NCBI RefSeq assembly: GCF_036971445.1
Contig: NC_091480.1
Location: forward strand, 11,594,001 to 11,658,000
From: Narcine bancroftii
Taxonomy: Eukaryota
Length of the DNA: 64,000 nucleotides
Direction of reading: 5' to 3'
Of this stretch, positions 48,531-60,488 are shown one piece after another (the stretch's first letter is position 1; every line of letters begins with the position of its first letter). The notes below the pieces were generated by a model. That model did not search any database. It saw nothing but the letters and a program-made list of their open reading frames with translations, and was not told where the DNA came from. Both the position numbers and the translations under genes were made by a program.

Positions 48531-50121
48531 CGAACAACAAAACTGTACATAATGTACACATGTAACTACATAAAGATATTTAAATATAAAGAAATATAAA
48601 TAAACTGTGCAACACCGAGAATCATTTTAAAAAATCAATAAAGTGCCAAAGTAAGAGTCCTTAAATAAGTTGGGAATGATCGTCAAGGAACTAAAGCTAA
48701 TAATTAAAGTCATTACTTCGAGAAAATTTCTGCTGAAGCTCTGTTGAATAAGCAGCGTGACAAATTTGAAATAATGTAGTGCAGAGAGCTGTCTGAAAGA
48801 AAGAATTGAGTATCCTCAGAGCACATATGGCACCTGACACTGCAATGTCATATAAATGAAAAATAGAAAGGAGCTGTGTATTATTCTCCTGGGAATTCCA
48901 TACTTGGCAAGATTGGAAGGGTAGAAAAATTATGACAAGTGATTCTCTAGGTATCATTGGATTTATAAAAGGCATCAAATTTTTTTAAAAACTCTATAAA
49001 ACAAAATACTCTATCCAATTTATTAGTTTGCAATTGATAAGTACTTTAGGTCTATTGTGCAGAGTTCTTTGATTCCCCCAATTAAGAAAGAACACAAATA
49101 TAAGCAGAAATTCAAACTTATAAAAGAGAAGGCTTTAAGCTTTTTGAGTGAAACAAAAATTAGAAATGCTAGAAGAAAATAAGTTGACCATAAGTATGAG
49201 GTGTGACAAGCTTTGTTTTACTCCACCAAGTAAATGGTATGAATTAAATTATTTTGGGGGCATGGTGCACAGGATTAAATTTATCAAAGTGGAGCAGACC
49301 TCTCGCCAGAGTGCAGGCACTGATGGCTTCAGGGGTGGGGGGGGGGGGTTGTTTAGGAAGTTTAAAGGAGAGCAGGCAGCTGGATATGGGGAGTCAAGTA
49401 GAGGTGACTTCATTGAAGGAAATGTCATGATACTTGACCACTCCCTGTCTCTGAAAGGACTTTCTTACCCTTGATTTCTCTTTTTACATGATGCCAGATC
49501 ATGGCAACTCTTTGCTAGCATTTAAGTAGCACATAAATAGCAATGTATTTCAGTCACATGACAGTAATAAATCACATCTAAATCCAGTATCAGTTGCAAG
49601 GAATATACCAATTTCTGGTTCAGTATAATTCTACCACAAGCAATCCCTCTATTTTCATCCTCACAAACCTCTTTGGTCTTATCTGAAGCCTTCTATTCCC
49701 GGAATTTCTTTCCTACAACAGGCCAGCTCTCTGGAGAGTAAGCTTCATAAGAGGTCTTGCTTTATCATGTTTCCCAACATTTCTAGGCTGATGAAAGTCA
49801 TCCACATTTCCCTTTCTATTTTCTAAATATATAAACTTCGTAAATAAGTTTTGTATTGTGAAATAAGGCAAATTGTTGGTTCAATTTTGTCCAGTTTTTG
49901 CACAATATTATTTTTATCACGTTTTCTAAATCTTTAAGGAGATTGATTCATAATGATGTTCTAATTAATGAAAATGACTTTACTAATAACCAATTTGTAA
50001 TTAGTGGACTGTTTTATAGCTATTGTTTTAATTTGTAATATTCATACATATATGTGAAATGCATTTCTTCTGAGGTCATGAAGCTCAACTCATTTTAAAA
50101 TGGACACATGCAAGTACAAAT

Positions 50122-50329
50122 CCGTAAAGTTCACGGAAGCTCATCTATCCTTCTTTGTATTTATTTGTTTTGGTCACCTTTGATTTGAGAGATGGACACT
50201 TAGACATCACTGACTCTACTGAGTCTGCCAGCATGTCATTTGTAATGATGCATTTTGCTTTGGAGTCCTGCAACCTGTGTAAAATGTCTCTGGCAGGAAG
50301 CTGACTTGTTCCAGGGATCAATACAGTAC
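50122..50329 (-). pseudogene. ACSM3: ACSM3 exon (GTVLIPGTSQL..KEG*MSFRELY)
   Basis: 208 nt; Trp->TAG; donor GT->AT. Confidence 0.92.
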
Positions 50330-51853
50330 CTGGAAAAATAACACAAAGGTTGATGCCTTATTATTTGTAGCATGTAATGAAAAGTTATTTAATAACTCAC
50401 ATTTGAAATGATTTATGGAAACAAGCTTGCACATGTATGATCAGGAGGAAAAATGATACAGATGTTGGAAAGAAGATACTAGACCTACTCAGCAACATCA
50501 GTGGTTTGAGACAGAGACAGTTAATGTTTCAAATCTATTGCTTGAAAAAGTTATAGATGTGATGTTTTCAACAAATATAAATGTAGGGAAGAGGAAAGGG
50601 GCGCAATACACTACTAATTTAATCAACAACAAAATAAATATTGCCTTTTATCCCTGAAAATAAAATGGGAACCTGGGCTATGATTAATTGTTGATAATTA
50701 TTTAATTGGTGATGACAGGCCATTTTTTGTTATTTTGTTAATGAAAAATATTATTTCCATTGGTCATTTCAATTCAAGATATCTTTTCCTGGCAGTCCTT
50801 TGTACTGAGAAAAGAAAAGTCCTTTGAGAAAAGAAATATTTTCTGGGATTTTCCATTGTGCCAATACTGAACAATTGCATTACAGATTAAAAGTCTACTA
50901 TGTTCTAGAGTGGATTAAAGTCAACCATTTGAGATTACTTTTGCATTGTCCACTCTAGTCAATGTCCTTTCCATGCTGTTCCTAGCCATTTCACAAATAG
51001 ACTGGCCTGGTCAGTCTTTCCAATTGATTAAAATTCTCTAGCCATGACAGAATCCTTGTCAATCTTCTCTGCACCCTCTAGTACAACTACATTCTTCCTG
51101 CAGTGTTATATTCAGAATAGAGTGGTGGTACTCATTTTATGCAGATCTGACATGATCTCTTTATTCTTGCATTTCATGCCTTATCCAGTGAAGGTTAGTA
51201 TCCCACATCCCTTCCAAACAATCTTATTTATATATCCTACTTTCTTCATAGAATAATAAACACGCTCTTCAAGATCCCCCTTGAATTTATTTGTCTGTTT
51301 GTCGTCAAACGTGTTATTCTTGAAATTAAATTTAATTTGCCATTTTGTGCCTTTGTAGTTTTCCTGCCATCTACAACTTTTTCCTCATCATTAACCACAC
51401 GGCCATTTTTGTGTCATAATTAAAGTTCTTAATCATGACCCTTAACTGTGTGTGTAAGACACTCTCTTCATTCTAATCTGCAAATTGAACTGTGGATTGC
51501 ATGAGTGTGCCTGCTGTGGACTAAATAGTTGCATAAGGCTATACATTTGGGAGCTAAAACTCTAAGTGTGAAAGCAGTAAACATGACAAAGTTCATGATG
51601 TCATGGAATTTCTTTATGCATTGCTCTCGGTTGTGAGGATACTCACTTCAAGTGCCAATTTCTGCTGTAACCTCCTTTTCATTTACAAATTAGATGCTTC
51701 ATCATTGACCTTTTTTCAATTGCAAGTCAGAAGTATAAATGTTCACCAATTATTACAAATGGTTTAAATCAATCATCCTAGGTCTTAATGCAGCCAACAA
51801 GTATCTTTTAAAAGATATTTGTCTTAATGCACTATCCAGTTTGATGCACTTGC

Positions 51854-52064
51854 CTGTTCTCATGCATGCCACGTTCAGAAGCCACCATTCTGGAATGGTG
51901 GACGGGATAACCATAACTCAATCATTTAATTGTAGACTACATGCATCAGACAAGATGTTGGCCACCTTCTTAGAGTGCAGTCCAAGGTCTTGGAAGCTCC
52001 ATTTCACTTCTTGTCCCCTTCAACCACACCACCACAAAGCAGGGGTTGAACCTCGGCTCCCAGC
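51854..52064 (-). pseudogene. ACSM3: ACSM3 exon (AGSRGSTPALWWCG*RGQEVKWSF..ND*VMVI..PEWWLLNVACMRT)
   Basis: 211 nt; two in-frame TGA; GC donor. Confidence 0.92.
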
Positions 52065-52927
52065 CTATTAGTAGATGCACAATGAATGCACAAGCAAAAT
52101 CTTAAGATTGAGAAGGACAAGAACTGCAGACGTTGGAATCGATGCAATGATGAGAAGCTGGGCCGGATGAACTCAGTGGGCCGGACAGTATCCATGGAGA
52201 GAAATGGTCAGTTTTGGCTTGCGCTCTTTACCAACAAAGTGGGATATCAAGCATTACAAAGTTGGGAGAGGTGGGGGAAAGAGGCCAAGAGGTGATATGA
52301 TGCCAGGCAAAAAACAGTGGGAGAAGTGAAGAAAAAAAAAATAAGGGGAGGAGACCACTGCTGTTGGTGCTGGGGGAAGTTTGAAAGAAAAGTGAGAATG
52401 GGAACAAATACCTCCCTATACCACTCCTCCCCCTGCCCCCACTCCTTTTCCATGCTTGCCATCTCCCCTTCTCACTTTAGTCTCGATAAAGAAACATTGA
52501 CGAACCATTTTTCTCTGGATGGTGCCTTACCTGCTCAGCTTCCCCAGTTTCTCAATGTTTGCTCAAAATCTTATGGTTGTCTGATGAACAGGAAATCTCA
52601 GTGATACATTTGATCAAAAACATGTTTAGAGGGTTCGTCCTTTAAACAAACTTTCTAATTATCGACATTGCAAAACTTGTGGATTTTGTCCTGAAATTCG
52701 GTGCAGCAATGTGTCATCACTTTCACTGTTTTAACAGAATGTGAATTAACTTGTGTTTTCTGTAACATTTTGTAAATAGGAAAATTACATTTGTCTCCGC
52801 TGCTAGTTATCACATGATGTCTCAGCCAGTTATCAAACCTTTAAAAATATTACACCAACAATCTAATTTGACGAATTTAATGGAATATTCAAATCTTGGA
52901 TCACGTATCATGTATGAACTACGATAC

Positions 52928-53139
52928 CTTTTCCATTTCACTCCACTTACCAAAGACATCACTTACAAAATTGAAATATTCTGGTACTTGTGTTTTGTAC
53001 TCCTGTTTCATCGATTCATAGTCTGTGAAATTTTTAGGGTCATTCTTATTGTTTGAGAAGAATAGTTTTACTTGCATCTTCAGTGTGCCGAAAACTCCTC
53101 AGCTGCAACTGGACATGCGAGATGAATTGACACTTCTTG
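52928..53139 (-). pseudogene. ACSM3: ACSM3 first coding exon (MSSCS*GVFG..KNFTDYESMKQEYKTQVPEYFNFVSDVFGKWSEMEK)
   Basis: Donor gtatcg; TGA in the presequence region. Confidence 0.85.
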
Positions 53140-53799
53140 CTGGTAAATTCAGCATGTGAAATGAAATGTATAGGACACTCATTTTGTACCAGGACAGCCA
53201 ATGGACACAATAAAGCTAGAACAACAGACATAAACCAATGATAAGCAATGATGATTTGTAAGAACATAGAGGTTGAACAAGAAATTTATACATTAATTAT
53301 TAAATCAATCAGGCCACTGATGTACAATATTGGGTGCCACTCCAAAATTCAAATTCCGTATGTGCACGTCATTTGTACTTTGGTTCAAACATGCTTATCT
53401 CAGTAAGTAATCCTTTACTAACTACAAGATGCCATAGATGCTCTGTGGTTAGTTAGGGATTACTTAACGTGGTATGTGAATGGGGAAAAAAAGGCTGAGA
53501 AACACTGTCCCATTCACTTCTATCCCCCATAAAGCAGAACTCGAGACTCTCCACTTCTTCCTGGTCAACAGACCTAACCAGTCCCCCTCTGCTATCTCCC
53601 TCCTCCGACTGGCTGAACCCTCAATAACTTCTCCTTTGGCTCACCCACTTCCTCCACGTGGGTCGCATTATTGTTTTATATTCAGAAGTCACATTTGTAG
53701 TTGCACTAGAGGGTGGAGCAAACCGTGCTGCAAGCCTACACAGGCAAAGTTCCTCATTGATCACAGGGACGCCTCAAGGATGTTGGCTTAGTTCCTTGC

Positions 53800-54700
53800 T
53801 CTACTACCTATACATATGATTCGCACCCAAGTTGATCTCCAATGCTAAGGACACCACCATTGGTGGCCAAATGAGTTAGAATACATGATGGAGGTCAAGA
53901 ATCTGACCGTGTGGTGCTAGAACATTATCTTACCCTTGATGTTGGTCAACAAGATTAAGGAGTTTATTGTGGATTTTCGGTTGGCAAAACTGAGGTACCA
54001 CACACTTGTCTGCATTGACGAGAGCATTGAAGAGGGTTGGAGTACAGAAGTATCAGAGCCACCACCCCCAGGCTGAGGAACAGCTTCTTCCTATGGGCAG
54101 TGAGAATACTGAATGACCAAAAGGAACTGCTCATCCTAAATGTCCAAGACTCTCATATACTTGAAACAATATTTATTTATTTACCTATTTGTCTTGATGA
54201 AATACATATCCTGCTTATGTATTGCTTGTCTTGGTTGTGTGCCTACGTGTTTTGCCCCAAGTCCAGAGAACTTGGGTTGTACTTGTACAATCAGATGACA
54301 ATAACCTTGACTTGAGAATCTTCAAGTGCATGGGAGTCCACTATCAGAAAGGTCCTCCTGGAGCCAGCACATTGAGGCAACCAAGAAGACACACTAACAC
54401 CTCTACCTTCTGAGGAGACTTGGCAAACATCTCAAAGTGCACTGTCGAAAGGATAGTGACTGTAACATTACAGCCTGGTTTGGTTATTTGAGGGTCCAGG
54501 AACACAGGCTACAGAAAACATTGGCAAGTTCATTGCATGCTCCAATCTCCCATTCTTGATCCTTGTGAGATGCTGCCTCAAGAAGGCAGCCAACATCATA
54601 TATGACCCCCAACCACCTTGTCACAACCTCTTCTCACTGCTCTCTTTCGGAAGAAGGTCCAGAAAGCTGAAGTCCCATGGGAGGCTGCAGCATGTAATGC
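53800..54700 (+). mobile_element. Degraded nested Rex1/Babar-like LINE fragments
   Basis: RATTPRLRNSFF tail motif and related remnants. Confidence 0.5.
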
Positions 54701-55189
54701 TTTCATTGCATCTGTAACTTGTGCATAGGTCTATGAAAATAAAATTAATTCTTGCCACCTATTGTGGGTGTTGATCCGTTGTGAGTGAGGGCGCGACATT
54801 AGAACTCCAATGTCATTCTGCCAGTTGACATTAGCCGTGTCCTAAACTTCTAAATGTGAACGATTTGACTGAAACAGATGGTAAATTCTAGGCAACGGAC
54901 TTTGGGGGAAACAGCAAGGTTTCGTAGAGTGGGTAGAACAAGAAAGTCTGCAGCTGCTGGGGTCGAGCGCAAACGTGCTGCAGAAGCTCAGCAGGTCTGT
55001 GCACAAAGTGGATTGGGGACGCAGTCCTTCGGAGAGGGACACCTCTCGAACAAGGTGGGAGCGTCTTCTTCTCGTCAGATTGGAACAGGATTGCCTAGTT
55101 TTGTGGAGAATGCAGTGCGAGAAATAAGCCAGATTTAGTTGACGAACCAGCCAGATGATCTGGCGCCTGAAGCAAAGAAGGTGTTCTCT

Positions 55190-55572
55190 CTGTGGGATAG
55201 CACGCAGTCGGTGGGCTGAACGGTCGGATCGATCGTCTGCGAGCACTCGGGTCTGCCACTTCTTCCCTTTGTGAGAACGTTTGGATTATTTAACGATGTA
55301 ATTGCTTTAACACCCTTCCTGCCCAAGAATCCCGTGCCGCCCCAACTCAGACAGCGACCATCCCCGCCCCCCTTCACCTTCACCTTCACCTGCGCTGCTT
55401 CTGGCCAGTCTCCGCCTTGCTCGACGTGACCTGGCGTGACGTCGCCGCTCGGAGCCTGCGCCAACCGCCGATCTCGCGGGGCGCATGCGCACTGGCGGCG
55501 GCAGCTCGAGCGCGGGACCTGGCGAGTTGCGATGGCGTCGGACGCTGCCCTGGCTGCACGAAGAGCCTGAGA
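55190..55572. promoter_or_regulatory. CpG island / probable promoter upstream of the ACSM3 pseudogene
   Basis: CpG-dense; NRF1-type GCGCATGCGC 55481-55490; GTGACGTC ~55436; GC box; minus-strand CAG|gtgaag donor ~55390. Confidence 0.65.
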
Positions 55573-55573
55573 A

Positions 55574-55712
55574 TGGGATGGGGGGGGGGGGGGGGGATAT
55601 GGGAGGATATGGGATGGGGGTATTTGGGATGGGGATATGGGATGGGGGATATAGGATTGGGGGGGATGGGGGATATAGGATTGGGGGGGATGGGGGATAT
55701 GGGATGGGGGGA
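55574..55712. repeat. G-rich repeat (GGGGATATGGGAT variants, long G run)
   Basis: Direct reading. Confidence 0.9.
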
Positions 55713-56253
55713 TTTCCACCTTCTCCACTCCAGCAAACAGTATAAAAGCTAGTCAGGCAGCATTGGTGGAGGGAAGTGAAGGTGTTCACTGCAAAAGAAA
55801 AGGAATGTCTTCTTATCATTGCACAGACTGCACTTGGGGCAAAAACTCTTTCCTTCCACCCACTTTAAGTCATCCCTCTGCCATAGGTGCTCTGTCATTA
55901 GTTAGGGATGACTTAAAGTGGTATGGGTGGGGGGAAAAAAGGTTGATAACCACTGCTCTAGACCCAATAGTTACTGAAATATTTTGCTTGAGAAAAATTG
56001 TCACTGGCCTATTTCCTTTGGAGTTACAAATTTTTAAGACCATCCAGACTCCTCAATGACAAACTCCGACTCATTTAAGGATTCTTACTGATTTTCTTTT
56101 TGTTCTCTCTGTATTGCACAGTCAGTTTATTTATATTTCTTTATCTGTTTAAATTTCTTTACAGTTTATATATTTTTTGGCACTACCAATAAGTGGTAAT
56201 ACTGCTAGACCTCCAGGGATAAAGAGAAGTTATCTCAGGGTTGTATGTGATGC

Positions 56254-56572
56254 TGTAGCTAGCTGCCACAGGCTACGGCTCCGCGGAGCCTATAGCGCAG
56301 GGGAAGTAATAGCTGTATGCAGGTTGGCCCAGAAAGAACGGCACGAACCCCTGTTGAGTAGAGTTACCACTGAGCTTTATTGGGCTCACAGCCCTGCTTG
56401 TATTCTCAAGATAAGAGGCACGGTCAAAGCCCCCTCAGTGCTGATTGGTGAATTTACGATCCGCTATCCAGTTAGGTGCCTTTAGTTGTGGCCCATTGGA
56501 GGGCAGTGCTTGCAGGCCTCGTGCAGCCTGCTGGATCATCATGCTTGTGTGGCACTGCGAGGGGCCGCCACA
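56254..56572 (-). mobile_element. Probable solo LTR
   Basis: TGTAGC..GCCACA termini; interrupts a LINE-tail repeat; AATAAA on the minus strand; TSD imperfect. Confidence 0.45.
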
Positions 56573-56645
56573 CTGTCACATATGTACTCTGATAATAAAT
56601 CTGATGAAACCGTGCACATAACAAATCAATTAGATACACTTAAAA

Positions 56646-56776
56646 CAGTGGTTTTCAAAACTTTTCTTTCCACTCACATACTACCTTAAGTAATCCCTTA
56701 CTAATCACAGAGCACCTATGGCATAGGGATTATTTAAGGTGGTATGTGAATGGAAAGAAAAAGTTGGAAAACCACT
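56646..56776. mobile_element. hAT-like palindromic MITE; related copies 28690-29030, 53400-53500, 55840-56030
   Basis: CAGTGGTT..AACCACTG termini; internal inverted repeat. Confidence 0.6.
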
Positions 56777-57199
56777 GAGCTCGAGGAATTAGTGGGTTGA
56801 GCAGCATTTGTGGAAGGAAGAGATAGGGTCCATGTGTTACCCCGTTCCTGCATCAGGATTTTGGGTGTAAAGGGGAGATGTTTTCTCTTGCAGTTCGTTA
56901 TGCTCCCATCCCCTCCCACCAGACAGAAAAGGAATTGAATTACTCATTAGTATCAATGAGATTGTCATCTCATTAGTCTCTGTGGCCAACCACATCATCC
57001 TTTGTCATCGCTCCCAACTGAAATAGAATCTCACCATTAACCAAATCTACACTGTCCCATGTATCCTCCTCTGCCATTTCTGCCACCTACTACTACATGA
57101 TCCCACACCAAGACATATTCTCCTCTCCACCTTCTACAGGGATCACTCCTTCCATGACTCCCTCGTCCACGCCTCCCTCCTGCTGCCTTTCTCCTAGCT

Positions 57200-57920
57200 C
57201 TGACCCCCTTTTCTCTCTGTCTCATTTCACAGAATGAAACTCAATTCTCAGGTCTCCCCTTATCAGATCGTCCTCCTTGGCAACCACCCTGTGACCGCAG
57301 GAGCTACTCCACTTGCGCCCACACAATTTCAAAGCCCCAAACAGTCTTTCCAAGTGAAACAACACGTCATTTGTGAGTCTGCAAGGTATTCTACTACATC
57401 TGGTGCTCCCATTATGGTGTCCGTACATCGGACAGACTGGAGCTTTGAGGAACATCTCGGTTCTGTCTACCATAATAGTATGGATCTCCCAGTGGCCATT
57501 CCATTTCAATTCCCTGTCTCACCTCTTGCTGACATGTCTATCCATGGTCTCATGCACTGCCAGACTGAGACCACAAATTGGAGGAACAACACCTCATCTT
57601 CAGTCTGGGCACTCTTCAACTGGATGGCATTAACATCAACTTCTCTGGTTTCAGTTAAACCACCCCCCCCCCCCCACTTTGCCTTTCTTCCATCTCTGAC
57701 CCTCTATCTCCTTTCACAGAGCCAAACTCAATTCTCATCTCTCCTCTTATCAGATCCAATTAACACCTTTTGTTGGTCTGGACTTCTCCCCCAGCCAGCC
57801 TTCAGTCTCTTCTGATGCCTTCCTGTTCTTTGCTTGTTCCTTGAAGAAGGGCTTGGGCCCGAAATGTCAGTAATACCTCCTTTACCTCTAGCTGAGTTCC
57901 TCCAGCATTTCTGTGTGTTT
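57200..57920 (+). mobile_element. Penelope-like element remnant (GIY-YIG fragment + terminal repeat)
   Basis: PKQSFQVKQHVICES..YIGQT; hammerhead-like core at 57841. Confidence 0.65.
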
Positions 57921-58239
57921 TTATAAATCTTCCCTTCTGGACCCATTTCTGCTCAATGAAGGGACTATGCTTGACCTGGCACTCTCCCTACAACTGCAGA
58001 AGGTGCGACATTTTTTGTTACACCACCCTACCCACTCCTTTGTATCAACCATCTTCTCTCTCCATTTTCAGTCCTGATGCAGTTTTTGACCTAAAATGTC
58101 AATACTACTTCCCCCTCCCTGCCCCCACCCAAATAAATGCTGTTTAATTCTACTTGGGTTCCTATGACAGTTTGCTTTTTTATGCAGAGGCCACTCAGAA
58201 ACAAGGGTTCTATTTTGTGGGTTCTAAGTTGATTCTATT

Positions 58240-58925
58240 ATGTACCCTATCCACCCATGACTGCGTGATCAAACATAGCTCCCACTCCAGGGTGTCTAAA
58301 AATGATGAAACAGAGAACAGGAGATGTGGAAGAACTTGAATTTGGTTCCAGGATAACCAACTCCTTCAATGATACCAAGACCAAATTGCTGCTATCGACT
58401 TCAGGAAGAAGAGCGGAGCCCAGTCCCTAGTCCAAATCATTGATGCTGATCTGAAGATAGTGGACAGATTTAAGTTCCTGGAGGTAAACATCTCCGTTTG
58501 TATTGATCTGCCCACGTCGAAGCAATGGTCAAGAAAGTGTACAGGGGACTTGACTTCCCCTGATGCCTGAGGAAATTTGTCATGTCATTAGCCTCCCTTA
58601 ACCAACTTCCAACATTGAAAGCATCAGATCAGGATGCATCACTGTATGGTCTAGGAACTTCTCAGTCCATGACCACAAGAAACTGCAGTGGGATGTGAAT
58701 GTGGCTCAGTCCATCATACATCCCATCAACTCTAGTTGTAACTCCAGCTGTCTTGGAAAAGCAGCCAACATATTAAAAGACCTTCCCTGAACAGACTTTC
58801 ATTCCCACCCCCACTTTCTCCCCCAACCCCATCACAAAGAAGATTCACATTCGTAAGTATGAGATGACACACGACCACATTGAAGAACAATTTATTTCCT
58901 GCCATTATCAGACTCCTGAATGAAT
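58240..58925 (+). mobile_element. Degraded Rex1/Babar-like LINE fragment
   Basis: IDFRKK..FKFL remnants; similar to 11800-12480. Confidence 0.5.
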
Positions 58926-60488
58926 AGTAAAATTATGTTGCCTTTGCTTTGTACCAACTGATTTTCCTCAGTAACTCCAGTACAATCCTTGAGATGTTTC
59001 CTTTGCAAAACACCCCCTTTCACTGCATTCTTGATACATGTGACCATAAACTTGAACACCAACTTACCATGACCAATGTGGGTTCACTGCAGATGAGGTG
59101 GACATGCCCAATGGGACTGATGGACCAAAAGGGTGGGTAGGTATGGGATGTCCTCTTTTTGCTGTTCAAGACTTCCATGTATACAGGACGTATGGACTCA
59201 ACATCCTTGGTACCTCACCAATTATTCTGCTGGCAAAATTTGTAAAAATAGAATCAGCAGTGTGACAAACCACGAGGAGGACACAAATGATTTATAAAGA
59301 GTTGGAGATCGATTAAGAGAGAGGTCAAAAATGTGCGAGTATAGTGTCGATAAATGTAAAAAGCCACAAGAATTTGTAGCAAAATGAGATTTGGGAAGTC
59401 CTCTTACATGAAATGTGTAAAAATGACCATACAGGCACAGCAATCATTGCAAAGACAAATAAGAGTGATGGCTTTTATTTCCAGGGTTTTTGAATATAAA
59501 GATTGGCAAGTCTTAATAAATTTTACAAGGGGCAAGTGAGACCAGATCCAAAGCACAGTAAAGCCGGCACCTTTATGGATTGGTAGATGTTGCGTATTTG
59601 TATTTTCCAGTGCCTTGAATCTTATTCTTACAATGCTTAACTGATACCCCTGCATTAAGAATAAACAGTTTTAAAGACAAAAATACTACACTTGACTTGC
59701 TTTGAACAGACTTAAGTTGCATGAATATATAAACTTTAAGTCATTTTGCAGGGAATGTAATCTGTCCTCTTCATGTCGATCCATTCTCATCCAGAGTCCC
59801 ACACTGCTCTTCCAGGTAAAGCAGTGGTTCACTTGCACTTTTTCCGATTCAGTGTAATGCATTTGATGTTGACATGACTGGGGGAAATCCAATACAGATT
59901 GTCCCCAATTTGTGAACCATCTGCATGCAGTTAATAGGGTAACCCTGACCTTCCAGTTATTAGTTATTTTAATTCTTCAAGTCAATCCCAATCTGACCCT
60001 CTGCCCTGTTATCATTTTCTATCTTGGCATATTGCAGCCTTTCAGACTCTTTCAAATTAATTAGTTTTTGAGATGACACTTTGCATCACAACTTTGTTGT
60101 CTTTCTGTCTTGTGATTCTCGTTTTCCTTCTGAATCATTACTCCATTTCTCTTTTTCATGGCCTGCTGAGTGTGTTAAACATATTTTATTCGGTAACTTG
60201 CCTTATGGGGTGCTCGTCAAAATCCAACAAGCAGAGAAAGGGCATGAAACCAATTTGGATGATAATTTACACGACTGTGAAGAATGAATGGGTTGGTGAG
60301 CCGCCGGGGGCAGAGGGTGGGATTGCCCTCCAGGTCACTGGCAGATTCTCATTGGGCTGAAATGTTTTGGGATTGACTGAAAGCTGGGAAGGTCAGATCT
60401 ATATTTTCAATGCAGATTCTTCATCGGACTGACTACGTGGGGAATGAAAGACAGTTTTTAGTTTTCAATGGAATAATTGGGTACAACT

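Larger units (their letters stand above)
37393..53139 (-). pseudogene. ACSM3: ACSM3-like medium-chain acyl-CoA synthetase unprocessed pseudogene
   Basis: Ten colinear exons with ACSM3-like sequence; at least 6 premature stops, several frameshifts, dead splice sites; tail-to-tail with ERI2 as in human. Confidence 0.92.

Noticed and set aside
55532-60480. THUMPD1 expected from human synteny
   Set aside because: No THUMPD1-like peptide recognised in this window
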